In this document: one piece after another, positions 54,001 to 64,000 of the stretch
Layout: every line of letters starts with the position of its first letter
How positions within the stretch are numbered: the stretch's first letter is position 1
Assembly: GCA_051294375.1 (NCBI GenBank)
Contig: CM119268.1
Span: 18,615,412-18,679,411 of the forward strand
Direction of reading: 5' to 3'
Origin: Paraspadella gotoi
Taxonomy: Eukaryota > Animalia > Chaetognatha
DNA length: 64,000 nucleotides
The notes under the pieces: model-generated
Told to the model about the DNA's origin: nothing
The model's database searches: none
The model's input: the letters and a program-made list of their open reading frames with translations, nothing else
Made by a program: the position numbers and the translations under genes

Positions 54001-54232
54001 TTTTGACGCTCAGTGGGCGTTGCTTGGCAAAACTTCGTCGCTGACGTCGCGCGGTCGAGGTTACGGTTCCACGGACTCGGCCCACGGACGCAACGCCGTG
54101 AACGCCCCTAGTCACGCCTCCGTTCCGAGCGTCAACGCGTCGTCGAAGCGGAACTACGCGATGACGACGACGACATCGACGAATCCATTCGAGATTGATA
54201 TCATCAGGAAAACATTCGAAGTCAATTTGTGA
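37401..54232 (+). CDS. numb: Numb endocytic adaptor / Notch antagonist (PTB domain, NumbF region, DPF and NPF motifs)
   Basis: Exons 37401-37487, 39333-39479, 43539-43687, 44837-45016 (3 extra bases), 48884-48951, 50565-50677, 51641-51866, 52388-52561, 52890-53198, 53781-54232. Numb signatures [97 protein letters not shown]. Start at 37401 or in-frame 37407. Confidence 0.96.
39333..39479 (+). CDS. numb: Numb coding exon 2 (PTB)
   Basis: [49 protein letters not shown]; CAG/GTGAGT. Confidence 0.95.
40952..41050. repeat. Direct repeat of ~47 bp (period ~53)
   Basis: CGTCCTTAATTCACT.TTCAC..TCTGT.AGATCTCAACTCATCATC twice. Confidence 0.85.
41581..41624 (-). ncRNA. Minimal type-I hammerhead ribozyme
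   Basis: Minus strand AAUG-CUGAUGA-A-GACUC-GAAAACUA-GAGUC-GAAAC-UU-GUC^CAUU: core boxes, 5-bp stem II, 4-bp stem I, rudimentary stem III, GUC cleavage triplet. Confidence 0.8.
43089..43166 (+). ncRNA. Second hammerhead copy, interrupted by a 25-N gap
   Basis: AATGCTGATGA..[N25]..TGATGAAGACTCGAAAACTAGAGTCGAAACTTGTC^AATT; TGATGA on both sides of the gap suggests an unmerged overlap. Confidence 0.7.
43539..43687 (+). CDS. numb: Numb coding exon 3 (PTB)
   Basis: [49 protein letters not shown](R). Confidence 0.95.
44837..45016 (+). CDS. numb: Numb coding exon 4 (PTB end), with three apparent 1-nt insertions
   Basis: Removing one base each at ~44850, ~44956 and ~44988 gives [58 protein letters not shown](R). 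Confidence 0.9.
48884..48951 (+). CDS. numb: Numb coding exon 5
   Basis: [22 protein letters not shown]; CAG/GTATGT; phases match neighbours. Confidence 0.88.
50565..50677 (+). CDS. numb: Numb coding exon 6 (NumbF region)
   Basis: (E)[37 protein letters not shown]. Confidence 0.92.
51641..51866 (+). CDS. numb: Numb coding exon 7 (NumbF region)
   Basis: [32 protein letters not shown]...GSIIS; CAG/GTGAGG. Confidence 0.9.
51935..52210. mobile_element. MITE-like element with ~55-60 bp imperfect terminal inverted repeats (family A)
   Basis: AAAATTATCCATTCATTCAATTAATAAGCTATCTTGCCCCTGAC versus GTCAGCAGGCAAGATGGCTTATTTTTTAGATAAACGGATAATTTT. Confidence 0.7.
52388..52561 (+). CDS. numb: Numb coding exon 8
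   Basis: ...[19 protein letters not shown]... resembles the conserved Numb D.IS.LC.QI motif; CAG/GTTAGT. Confidence 0.85.
52890..53198 (+). CDS. numb: Numb coding exon 9 (Pro/Ser-rich)
   Basis: CAG acceptor, GTGAGA donor, phase 1-1, open frame (A)[12 protein letters not shown]...PTVPDTCDK. Confidence 0.75.
53781..54232 (+). CDS. numb: Numb last coding exon
   Basis: DPFDAQW (alpha-adaptin-type motif), TNPF (EH-binding motif), C-terminal KTFEVNL*. Confidence 0.93.
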
Positions 54233-56126
54233 CGAAAAGAGGAAATAAAAAAGACCGGAAGTGAAACGTGAGAGGTTCTCCCAGTCACACCCCCTCCGCC
54301 CGATCAGAATTCACTCTAGAAGCGAATTGTCCCGTCGACTTTTTATTTTCTTGAATAAAAAAAATCTTCTCCCCTTTTCCTTAAGTGTCCCGCACATTAC
54401 GTGAATTATATCGCTACTTGTAAACAAATGATTAATTCGTTCAGTTTTCGGCGCCAGCCATTAAAGTCTCTGATGTCTGGTGAAATGCGACACGAAAAAT
54501 CGATCACTAAATTTGAGATCTCGCAATATAAATGATCTTTTGCAGAATCAGGTGATGAGAAATTTACAAAATTTCGAATGGTGCAACTCGTTAAATTTGT
54601 TATTACTGTACATTTAAGAATAGTTTCACAGTGGCCTCAAAAAAGAGAAGACAGGAAAATTAATAAAAGTATAACTTTCGCGTTTTATAAACCCATGCTC
54701 AATAAAAATATCAAGATTTTATACTGATTTATTTTAATGGTTTGTTAAATCTGATGACCCCTGTCCGCAACTAAATTCCCATCTGTTCGTGAAAAATCAT
54801 GATCGTGACTTCTCTCCCCCCCTCTCCCTCCCCCCCTTCTCTGCCCCTTTTTTCTCTATCCATCAACACCCCCAAATGTATGAGTTTCGCCGCTAAGAAA
54901 GTAGTTAATCCTCCAACGCTTTCATAAGTCTATAACTCTTCTATTTCTCGAATTGTGAGATTTTGGTTTCACTATTAAGTTGAAAATTATATTTGACTTT
55001 GTTTAACCGTTTTAGCTCTTAGGGATGCTTATTTTTTTTTAAATTTACTTCTTAACATCGCGCTCAAAATGACTTTTTTTCCAATCGATCTCTTGTCCTT
55101 TATGAAAATAAGTAATTTTTTTTTCAACGAAAATACATTTTTTTGGTCTTTTATTTAATGTTAGTGACAGGAAGCTTTTTGTAAAAATTACCGTTTCTTT
55201 TTAGTTTATGCAATATTATTTTTTTATAAATTCATAGCTCTATATACACAAATATTTTTTTAAAAAATTATTTTTATTTTCATTTCTATAAGAACCATCA
55301 AAATCAATTTAAAACTAGTTCTCTCCTTTTTAAACGATAACAGCAAAAAAAGATTGCATAATTCAATAATAGCTTCAAAAAGCGTCGATAGTCGATACTC
55401 AAACAAAAAAGCTTGCAGTAGCCGTAAATACGCTTCCTATCAATCGTGGCCGTTTTACTTTGTTTCTAAGTCTTCACACACCTAGTACGAACTCTGGTTA
55501 ATTTCGTAAATAAAAAAAATGCTATTAATAGATTTTCAAATCTCGTAACCCTTGCAATTTTCAGATAGTCATTTATTAAGGATAAACACCAAATCGGATG
55601 ACCTTTCAAATGTAGTAATTTGATGTATACATCTTTATCTATTCTTGAAACTACCCGAAGCTACATTTCCTGGATGACAAAATGTTTGTTATTGGCAGAA
55701 AAAGCACGAAATTACAGAGAAGGGGATGGAAAAAAAGGTTAGATTTTACTTTTCAGTGTTTTTTTTTTTTTTATAATCCTCTCAACTGAATCAAGGGGAG
55801 AATATTCACCGACTAAAATACTATTTTTGTGTTTACTTGTTCACACTCTGCGTTGTATTTCCGACCGAATAAAATAAAAACATCTAAAAGAAAGAGTGGT
55901 TTGTAGCGACGGGTAAAAATGAAATATGAGTTACGATCTCTCAAGGCGGAACTCTTTAGGCAATTTAGATAGATTGAATCTCAGAAGAGATAAGTTGCAT
56001 GATGGATATCGTTGGTCAACGACCGCTCTATGACGTCGCCTTTTCCGGATGGCCATTACCAACGATGGGATTGGTCGGTATTAAGGAAACCATCAGAAAT
56101 TGACTAGAAAAAAGCCAAAAGAGGTT

Positions 56127-56261
56127 AATTTTACTTTCGCCGACCGGGGTTAGGGAGGGGTGAGGGTAAGGTATTAGGTAATAATTTTATTTTAAAAAAT
56201 AAATATTTTTAAATACTTTTTTTCAAAAGACGCCAAAACCGCGGTCGGCGAAAGTAAAATT
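56127..56261. mobile_element. Small MITE-like element with ~25-bp TIRs
   Basis: AATTTTACTTTCGCCGACCGGGGTT ... AACCGCGGTCGGCGAAAGTAAAATT, internal degenerate GGTTAG-like tract. Confidence 0.6.
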
Positions 56262-56366
56262 TATCCGCCCAAAGGCCAAAACGTTTCGTTAAACTATTAA
56301 TAAGTTAAATAGTAAATAAGTTTCGCTGATCGAATTAAGATCTGTCAAACGAAACTTCCCCCCGCG

Positions 56367-56673
56367 TCATTTCCGCAATTTCCCGCAGCAGCTTTGCGGC
56401 AGCCGCCAATCAGGCCGCTTCAGCACGACCACCAAACTGATCAACGCCGGAATCAGGGGGATGAGGAAGAGCAGCCCCGGCGCCGCTCCAAGGCCCGGGG
56501 TGTAAAGGGAGGTCAGGCGAGTGTGGTTCCCGCTGAGGCAATGGCTCGTCGAAGGGAGAGATATGGAAGAGGCGTTGAGGAGCGGGAAGGGTTCGTAGCA
56601 GGTCACTTTAGGCGGGTCTGTCGGTTTGGAGCCGTTCACGCCGATTTGATTCAAATCGTTTATCACACAGATC
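56367..56673 (-). CDS. TMEM117: TMEM117 last coding exon
   Basis: ICVINDLNQ...GLLFLIPLIPALISLVVVLKRPDWRLPQSCCGKLRK*; final TM helix. Confidence 0.85.
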
Positions 56674-59600
56674 CTGGGAAAATTTGTTGAAATAGATTAA
56701 ATAAAATTAGATATTCAAATGGGCGTTAAAAAGCTTAATTAGCCAATCAATCATCATGCATAAGCAATCATGTATTTTTAACCCAGATCACAATTCCTAC
56801 GAAATCAAATAATTCCCCCCGCCCAGCCCCTCCTAAAATCAGAATCCCGAACCTATCGTGTTCAATGGTGTATTGACAATAGCTTGCTGGGTCATAGACG
56901 ATTTGGTTCTTGAGCATGTTGGCGTCCAACAGCATGACGATGGCGAGAACGCCGTAATTGAACCACTTGCCCGTAATCTCTATCTCGCCCAGTGTGCAGA
57001 GATGGCGAAGGAACCAGAGACGGATCGAGTAAAGAGATTTGACGCAGGTGCTCCTGCGAAGAGGGGGGGAAAGAGGGAGAGACAGGGGGGCGTGGCAACG
57101 TTAAGGGAATAGTGAAGGGAAAATGCGTTTCCATTGGATTTAACCGAAAGAACTTCGCGCGCGGGTTGTGAGCAGTTTTTTTTTTTTTTTTCAACAACGT
57201 CATCATTTTTTCTTTCGTTCGGGTCTAAGATGGCCCATGGGACGCTAGGTTTTCTTTTTCTTTCTTTCTATATATCTCTCTCTTTTCTTTTCTCTTCTTC
57301 TCTTTTCTTTTCTTCTCTTTTCTCTCTCTCTCTCTCTTCCAAATCTTCTAACACCAGGTTGAGGTTTTTATCTTTTTTTCCCAGTCCCTTTCCTCTTTCT
57401 TCTCTTCCTCACTTTTCCAATCAAGATTCTTATTCCAGATTTTGTTTTGACGTTTAGACTTTTGTTTTCTCTCTTCTTCTCAGATTCCTTCTTTTTCCTC
57501 TTGATTCTCGGCTTCCGAGGTTAACAACGACGACGATGACGACAACGACGACGACAAAAACGGATAATGACCCCCCCAAAAAAGAGATTGTCTAATTTTT
57601 TTTTTTTGAACAAAGCACAGTATATTTCATTATGAAAATAAATCTCATACTTAGGATAATGACTAATTCCATAAAAACGATATTAACAAATTCAAAATAA
57701 AACAATTTTATCAACTTAACAACAAGAAGAAAAACACGAACTGCGAACCGACCTGAGCCTGTGCTCCGGGTCGTCAACAGCCTTCTTCGCTGCTTCGTAG
57801 GCGGCCTTGGAATAAAGGACGAAGACGAAAGATTCTCGGTTGAGACCGGGAAGTTTCAGGTTTAGGTCTCCCTCCTCGAAACCTGGAAAGGTCCAGTCCT
57901 GCATCACGATGTAGAGGTCGAGAGAGAGGATGATGGAGGCGAGAGCGATGCGCCACACCTTGGAGTGGAATGGGGTGTAGATTTGGGGGTTGGGTAAGTT
58001 TGACAATGGAATGTGAGGTCAGGTCGTTACGCATAAAAATATTTTATGAAGAGATATATTTAAATTTTCCTTCAATCTGCAAACGTCTGGAGGTTTCGGC
58101 ATGCTTAATAAAATTCTCAATCTGTATTTAAACATACTTTTGATATACGCATTGTACAATTAGTCTTCCATGAATATTGACCAATTTACCTGATTGTTAG
58201 GAAACAGAGGTTTTCCAATCAGATACCAGTCGTTAAAATGATCGTCCCAACTGAAGAATGGCTAGAGTGTTTAAGAAGAAATCGTATATATGTAATCAGA
58301 TTTGATATTTAGTTTGTATATCTTTACAAACAACTACTTGAAAGATGCAACCGATGACGATGATTGTGGTGACGACGACGAAGACCCAAAAGATGACGAT
58401 TCTTCTGTGGGGGAATTTCTCGCTGCACCACCAAGACCGAAGAGAAGTCGCCCAGTTTTGGAAGGCGTCGTGGTTCTTCGCGTCCTGGAGAAATGTTAAT
58501 ATTTAATAATAACATTTAAAATACATTTCAGGAGCTAGGACCTTCTCGGTGCTCTTTATGGACAAGAGTGGAAGGAAATGTATGTTTAGATTTCTTTGAA
58601 TACGTTTAAAAAAAATGAATTAGCAAACTGGTTTAGTTGTATGATCGTAAAATAATCATTTCAGATTTAAAATTGCATTTGACAGTTTAATAGATTGATA
58701 GATTCGATTGATTTTCTGAATTTGATTTCAGTAGAAATTGGTTCTATTCTATTCTAAATAAGCTATCTTGTCCCTGACTTTGGATAGGCTATGGTGGTTT
58801 ACTCTTACAAGATAATAACATAGCAGGTTCATAATTTATTCAATTTGATTTACGTAAGTGAATCGATTGATTAATGATTAGCAAAATGAATTATTTTCCA
58901 TTCTAACCTGCATGATAAGATCGAAAACCATACAGAAAGTAAGGAGATCTCCAATCCAAGTTCCGGTCGCCGCGAATTTCATAAACAACTCGTCCTTTAT
59001 TCCCAGATCGGAGGTAATCACAGGTTCGCCCGCCGCCGCTGGAAAAAACGGGTTTTGACATTTGAATTTTGAGTTTGAGTTATATGTACTACAATGACTA
59101 CACTTTTATCGACAGAATAAAACGTATCGTAAACATTTCAGTGTGATTAAACAATTAATTAACAAGTGACAAGACAATTTTTTTAAAATCTTTCGAATTA
59201 TCAACCCCCATCTAAAATTTGCAATACTGTACGTACTCATGCCCACAATGTGCACTGCCTTCAAATTAACCACTAACCAGTCTCATTCATAATTTGCCCA
59301 AAGCACTTCCTTTCCCTATTCCCATCATCCCGCCTCCCTACCCGCGGCCGCCGAGTAGATCAAGCTCATCACGAACAACGTGATCAGCGTGGTGAGGAAC
59401 ATAATCATCCAGCTGCCCCTAGACTTGCCGAACATGTGCGGCAAGAAACGGCGCAGCAACTGGTGGTGCAGCAGCATGCCGAGGATCATGCCGAGAGCGA
59501 TGCCGGTGACCCAGAAGAGAATCTTGAGGAAGATCATTCCACCGGAGGAAGGGTATTTGGTGAGGACTAGAGAGAAGGCGTGGCCGATCAGGGGGATGGC

Positions 59601-61764
59601 CGCGTTAAGCTGGGAGGTTAAGGGAGAGGAATTAGAACGGTTATTTTGTTAAGGTCTAATTACATGGCCGGCACTTGGATTTGATTGATTGGTTTAATTG
59701 CTATTTTTACTCTGCAAAAATGACTGGCGTTTAAACTTGGTCTGAGAAAAAGTAACTGATAAAAATAAATAAAAATATACATAAAGGTAAATAATAGTAT
59801 ATTTATTATAATAGAAATATAACGGATAAATATAAATATAAATGAATAAATATTAATTAAACTCTTCTGCTAATTCTCCTCATCTTTTCTTTATTTCTTT
59901 CTTTTTTTTAAGAACCTTTTTCTCTCTTTCTAGTAGTATTTCCTCTCGTCTCCTTTTTTAGATCCTACTTTATAATTCAATCTCTATTGCGTTCTTCCCT
60001 CTCCCAACCTGTGAATGAGGGACGGGATCTTCTAAGTAAATGACGAAGTTAAAGAAAGTGACGATAAAGGCGGTGAAAAGTCTGAGGATCGGATGTTGAA
60101 AGAAAAACTTGAAGGTTCCTTTCTCGATCGCCTCGCGAAACCTTTCCTTCATCGTCTTTTGTCTTTGACGTTGAAACTGTGCTCGCCGCTGGAGGGCGCC
60201 GTCGGACGAGGGAGCGGGAGCGTCGCTGAAAGAGGCCAAGGAAAAGCTTTGTATGAAAAAACAGTTTTAATAATTAATTATCTCTCTCTCTCTCATCGGT
60301 TTTTGACTTTTGAGCAATTATCACCATCAATCATCTTACCCAGAAGTCGTCGATGCGCGCGCTCCATTCGGAATTTCCATTTCGAAACCCTCGTTGTGAC
60401 GCGCCGCCGTCGCCGCCACCGCCGTCGAATCTGGCTCGTCAAATCGGCGCCCTCTTCGTTTCGATTCACGTCGAGCGGCGCCGTTTTAGTTCCGGCGTTG
60501 TCGGGCGTCGTGGGACTGACTAGCGCCGTTTGACGTTGGATGCGTCGTCGCGTCTCCTTAGACCCGTTTTTGTCACTGTTATTTTGGTCGAAGTCGTTAT
60601 CACTATTGTTTCGTTTACTGTTATTAGTCAGCGTTGGTGTTGGTTTGATGTTCTTCTTCGTCGGCAAAGTCTTCCGAGACTCGTTTCGCCAATTCTTCTG
60701 CAACTGATTTCACTTTTTTTTTGGGGGGGGGGGTTAAAATATAACGAATATAAAAAAAACTTTTTTCAAAAATGTCGTTATTCCGTCTAAAGACGTCTTG
60801 AAAAAAATTACTTTTTAAAGGAATCCTTTCAGAGTTGTGTATTTATACATTTAGTTAAAAGATAATCTACAGATTAAGTACTCAATTTATCGGAAGGGAT
60901 TGAAACCAAATTCGGTGAGTGGGACTCATTGACTCTGCCACAGACATTCCGCCTCCGAGGAACGCCTACATCTAAAATGCTTATTCAAAGTAATCGGTCG
61001 CGACTATTTCTCAATTACTGGGTTATATGTCATTTGGTCGGTCGGACGGTCGATCAGTCATCAATCATCATTATGCTTATAACATATTTCTCCCTTCTTG
61101 TATATAAAAACGAATAAAAATAAACCAAACAAAAGTTTAAAACAACCTTAAGTACCGCATATTATGGATGACATATTCTATACTGCCAAGTTTTTACACT
61201 AAAAAGATTTATTAAATATAAAAAAACATGACTTAAAAATATTCAACTCATATAGTTTAATTAGTAAAAATCAGGATATTCTTTTATGACCCTTAAGTGT
61301 CGTATCAAAATTATCCCGCAAAAAACGTGACCCCAGACAGAATTCGGGGAAAAAAAACAAGCGTGACGCCAAGTGAATCATTGAAATAATAAAAATATCT
61401 GACTCAGATCCAGATTTTTCTCAATTCCTAAAGTTAATACTTATTTTGAAAAAAAAAATCGGAATAAATAAAAAAAATCATATTACGAGAAATTATAAAA
61501 TTATTGGCATTATTTTTAACCGGAATGTTAAAAATGTTTATGTAAAAAATGTTTATGTAAAAAATGTTTATGTAAAACACAGTCTAATTATCACTTACGG
61601 CATTCTATCCGACTATAGTCTATACATATTTTAAATAAAAACAAAGACAAGGAAGCTTGACTAAGACTTTCAGGGGAAAGAAAAGACTTACTTGTTTTCA
61701 CGTCAGATTTAAGTCGAATTGTTTCGACGTCGTCCTCGTCGTAGTCCGGCGCCGCAGTCGCCAT
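56367..61764 (-). CDS. TMEM117: Transmembrane protein 117 homolog
   Basis: Exons 5'->3': 61764-61692, 60697(or 60703)-60340, 60225-60009, 59609-59342, 59038-58908, 58484-58338, 58261-58190, 57958-57753, 57053-56853, 56673-56367. Family motifs FFQHP..R, FFNF.I..EDPV.HSQ, GSWM.MF, FMK.AA.GTW.GD, DL.IVMQDW.FP, ITGKWFNYG, LLD.NM.KNQI. The first two exons are less certain and exon 2 needs compensating indels. Confidence 0.92.
56853..57053 (-). CDS. TMEM117: TMEM117 exon
   Basis: ...EIEITGKWFNYGVLAIVMLLDANMLKNQIVYDPASYCQY... Confidence 0.92.
57753..57958 (-). CDS. TMEM117: TMEM117 exon
   Basis: VWRIALASIILSLDLYIVMQDWTFPGFEEGDLNLKLPGLN... Confidence 0.92.
58190..58261 (-). CDS. TMEM117: TMEM117 small exon
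   Basis: PFFSWDDHFNDWYLIGKPLFPNNQ; TAG/GTAAAT; supplies the family SWD segment. Confidence 0.85.
58338..58484 (-). CDS. TMEM117: TMEM117 exon
   Basis: DAKNHDAFQNWATSLRSWWCSEKFPHRRIVIFWVFVVVTTIIVIGCIFQ. Confidence 0.88.
58756..58826 (+). mobile_element. Family A repeat fragment
   Basis: AAATAAGCTATCTTGTCCCTGACTTTGGATAGGCTATGGTGGTTTACTCTTACAAGATA matches ~3436-3505. Confidence 0.65.
58908..59038 (-). CDS. TMEM117: TMEM117 exon
   Basis: AAGEPVITSDLGIKDELFMKFAATGTWIGDLLTFCMVFDLIMQ. Confidence 0.92.
59342..59609 (-). CDS. TMEM117: TMEM117 exon
   Basis: LNAAIPLIGHAFSLVLTKYP...GSWMIMFLTTLITLFVMSLIYSAAA. Confidence 0.92.
60009..60225 (-). CDS. TMEM117: TMEM117 exon (start of conserved domain)
   Basis: ...GTFKFFFQHPILRLFTAFIVTFFNFVIYLEDPVPHSQ; alternative in-phase acceptor gives start 60246. 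Confidence 0.9.
60340..60697 (-). CDS. TMEM117: TMEM117 putative exon 2 (low-complexity N-terminal extension, internally frame-disrupted)
   Basis: Entry frame ELAKRVSEDFADEEEHQ and exit frame HNEGFEMEIPNGARASTTS(G) are the same frame; the middle is open in a shifted frame; GTAAGA donor. Confidence 0.55.
61692..61764 (-). CDS. TMEM117: TMEM117 putative first coding exon
   Basis: MATAAPDYDEDDVETIRLKSDVKT followed by GTAAGT, phase 1. Confidence 0.65.
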
Positions 61765-62149
61765 CACAAAAGAAGGCTCGTTATATCAATAAAAATATAT
61801 ATCTTATAATTATTATATTATTTTGAAACACCAATTTACATTTTTAGTTTTTGAAGACGTCAATTTCAAACGAGATTCTTCGCGGGTTTAAAGTGAATGT
61901 CGATTCGAACTGCAAATTTCCGAAGCAGGAAAGAACGAAATAACTGGTTTCTCTCTCTCTCTCTCTTTATCTCTCTTTATCTCTCTCTCTCGATCCTGCG
62001 AAGTCAGTGGTTGGCAGCCAAACGCCAAAACTTAAAAAAAATTCAAACCAAAACTTGAAATAAATCTTTTTTTTTTTCGTTCTGTTCTTCCTTGTCGCTC
62101 CTCTCGATCTTTTAGGCCCCAAAAAAAACAACTCGATCAGTCGGCATGA

Positions 62150-62250
62150 AAACCCAATTCCGCCAGCTGATTGGACGAACATGTTTCGATCTATCGTCTT
62201 TGATTTGTGATTGGTTCTTTTACTTAATACATAGTTTTTGATTGGTCGCA
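62150..62250 (-). promoter_or_regulatory. CCAAT-box cluster, candidate TMEM117 promoter
   Basis: TGATTGG with ATTGG at 62170, 62210 and 62241 (CCAATCA on the gene strand), ~400-480 bp upstream of the putative ATG. Confidence 0.5.
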
Positions 62251-62753
62251 TATGCTTTGTTATCGTAGTTACCCTTATTTTTAGAATATACGTCATCATG
62301 TAAAAAGATCATCGTTAGAACCATTTTAAAAGTGAAAGTTTGATACGAATCTATAATTACTAACTTGACAAGCTTCTTGAATAAAACCAAGTTTGAAAAG
62401 ACACAAATAAATTTATTTCAGGCATTTAAAATTCGCGGGAATGTTTGAATGTTTTTCCTGTCTAGATAAAATAGAATAAATATTAGTACCGTGGATATAA
62501 ATTTAAATGGTAACGGTTCAAAAAATTTAAATAATAACGAACGATATAAATTCGCAAAGAGATGACTTGACTACGCCCAGTTGCCAATACATAGAACGAA
62601 AAGTTATCGTAATATTTTCTGGCTCAATTATTAATTTTAAAATAAAAAGATTATAATTGTATATCTTTTGTTTTCTTCATTTAAATAAACGCATAACTTT
62701 AAAATTAAGTTTGATTATGTTAAGAGTGAGGAATGGGAATTATGTTACGGCTT

Positions 62754-62856
62754 TGGTTAGAGTTTTGGATAGGGATTAGGGTTTACGATTAGGATATAAG
62801 GTTAGGATTAGGATTAGTAAATAGGGATTGATATTAGGGATAAAGGTTTGGGATTT
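62754..62856 (+). repeat. Degenerate TTAGG(G/A)-like hexamer tract
   Basis: GGTTAG...GGATTAGGGTTT...GGTTAGGATTAGGATTAG. Confidence 0.55.
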
Positions 62857-62956
62857 ACTTACGTATATGGAAAGAGATTATGGTTAGTTAATAAGGTTTA
62901 GAAAAAGAAATTTTAACGCAGCAAAGTTACAAATTTGTTTTGTTTTATTTCAATTC

Positions 62957-63950
62957 CTAAATCGGGAGCGCCGTCTGTCTCGGAATGTCCAGTTCCACTT
63001 CGGCTTCCGGATCACAAACAACACGAACCTGGGAGAACATGTCGATTAAAATATATTACACTAAGTTATATCAAATTAGATTACATATCATTGCTTTTGC
63101 AAACCTGAAAGATCTCTGGAAACATCGTCGCGGCGCCCAAAGGTCTCGTCGAAGGGACTTGGGCGCGTCCGAGACGCAGAGTCGTCGACGAAGCCGATCG
63201 ATGTCGGGCGGCGTCGGCGGCGGCGTCAGCGGCGTCGCCCTCTGACGGTATCATCGAAGGAGATCGGAAAGCGAGAGCCGTTCGACGCAGGGACGCGATT
63301 TCTCTCTCCAGAGACGAAATTTCGGACTCTAAGTCGCGCTGAGACGAGAAGTAACGGTGAATGGAACTATCAATCAATCAATCATTCAATCATTCAATCA
63401 ATCATTCAATCAATCAATTAATAAATCACTTAATAAATAACTTAATCAATTAATCAATCAATCAAACACCAATCAATTAATCAATCACTTAGTCAATCAA
63501 TCAATCAATCAATTAATCATACACTTAAGCAATCAATCAATGAAAGAGTTAATCAATCACTTAATCAATCAATCAATTATTCAATCACTTAATCAATCAC
63601 TAATCAATCAATCAATCAATTAATCAAACACTTAATTAATCGATCAACCAATCAATCAATCAATTGAAAAAACTTTGATAAGAATCATTTAGAAGCACAA
63701 TTTTTAAGAATCAATCAATCGAGCAATCAATCAATCAATCGAGCAATCAATCATTAACACCAATCTCTCTCCTCACTCTTGATATCTTGTGCAAGGTGAT
63801 CTCCTTCGTCATGGCCGCGTTCTCCACCATCATGTTCTTCAACGTCGGCGGGAGATCCGCGATCGCTCGCGACGTCATCTCGTGCGTCAACGTCTGCTTC
63901 CGGTTCGTCTGGAGTTGATTCATGCGGCGCATCTCTCCCACCACGATGGC
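62957..63950 (-). CDS. C20orf96-like (DUF4618) coiled-coil protein, 5'-partial (last three exons)
   Basis: Exons 63950-63777, 63338-63105, 63028-62957, all phase 0. Heptad-like RDLESEISSLEREIASLRR, then MFPEIFQVRVVCDPEAEVELDIPRQTALPI*, matching the recalled C20orf96 C-terminal pattern C.P...V.L.IP....LP. Confidence 0.75.
63368..63755. repeat. Degenerate (CAAT)n microsatellite in an intron
   Basis: Directly visible. Confidence 0.9.
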
Positions 63951-64000
63951 CTGGGAGAGAGAGAGAAAGAGAGAGAGAGAGTTAATGTGAGGAAAGTTGA

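Noticed and set aside
37401-54232. numb as a pseudogene
   Set aside because: Lesions are confined to one exon and to short base runs, while all splice sites and motifs are intact.
62754-62856. True telomere or chromosome-fusion relic
   Set aside because: Short, highly degenerate, single orientation.

Overview
Eukaryotic (invertebrate animal) genomic DNA from a gappy draft assembly: AT-rich, microsatellite-dense introns, short GC-rich exons, many N gaps and local signs of uncorrected long-read indels. Most ORF-track entries are low-complexity artefacts. Manual exon chaining supports four spliced genes: (1) the 3' part of a kainate-like ionotropic glutamate receptor (+, 4323-19709, probable extra tail exon 22691-22899); (2) Numb (+, 37401-54232, 10 coding exons); (3) TMEM117 (-, 61764-56367, 9 coding exons); (4) the 3' end of a C20orf96/DUF4618-like gene (-, 63950-62957). 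Most notable: a ~1.65 kb foldback element in Numb intron 2 whose inverted arms each end in a minimal type-I hammerhead ribozyme (Penelope-like pLTR architecture); a genomically encoded Arg (CGC) at the receptor Q/R site with a remodelled pore loop; two consecutive GC-AG introns; a 28-bp tandem array that replicates a 5' splice site; and frame-disrupting indels in one Numb and one TMEM117 exon, probably assembly errors. Homology calls rest on recalled family motifs, not database searches.
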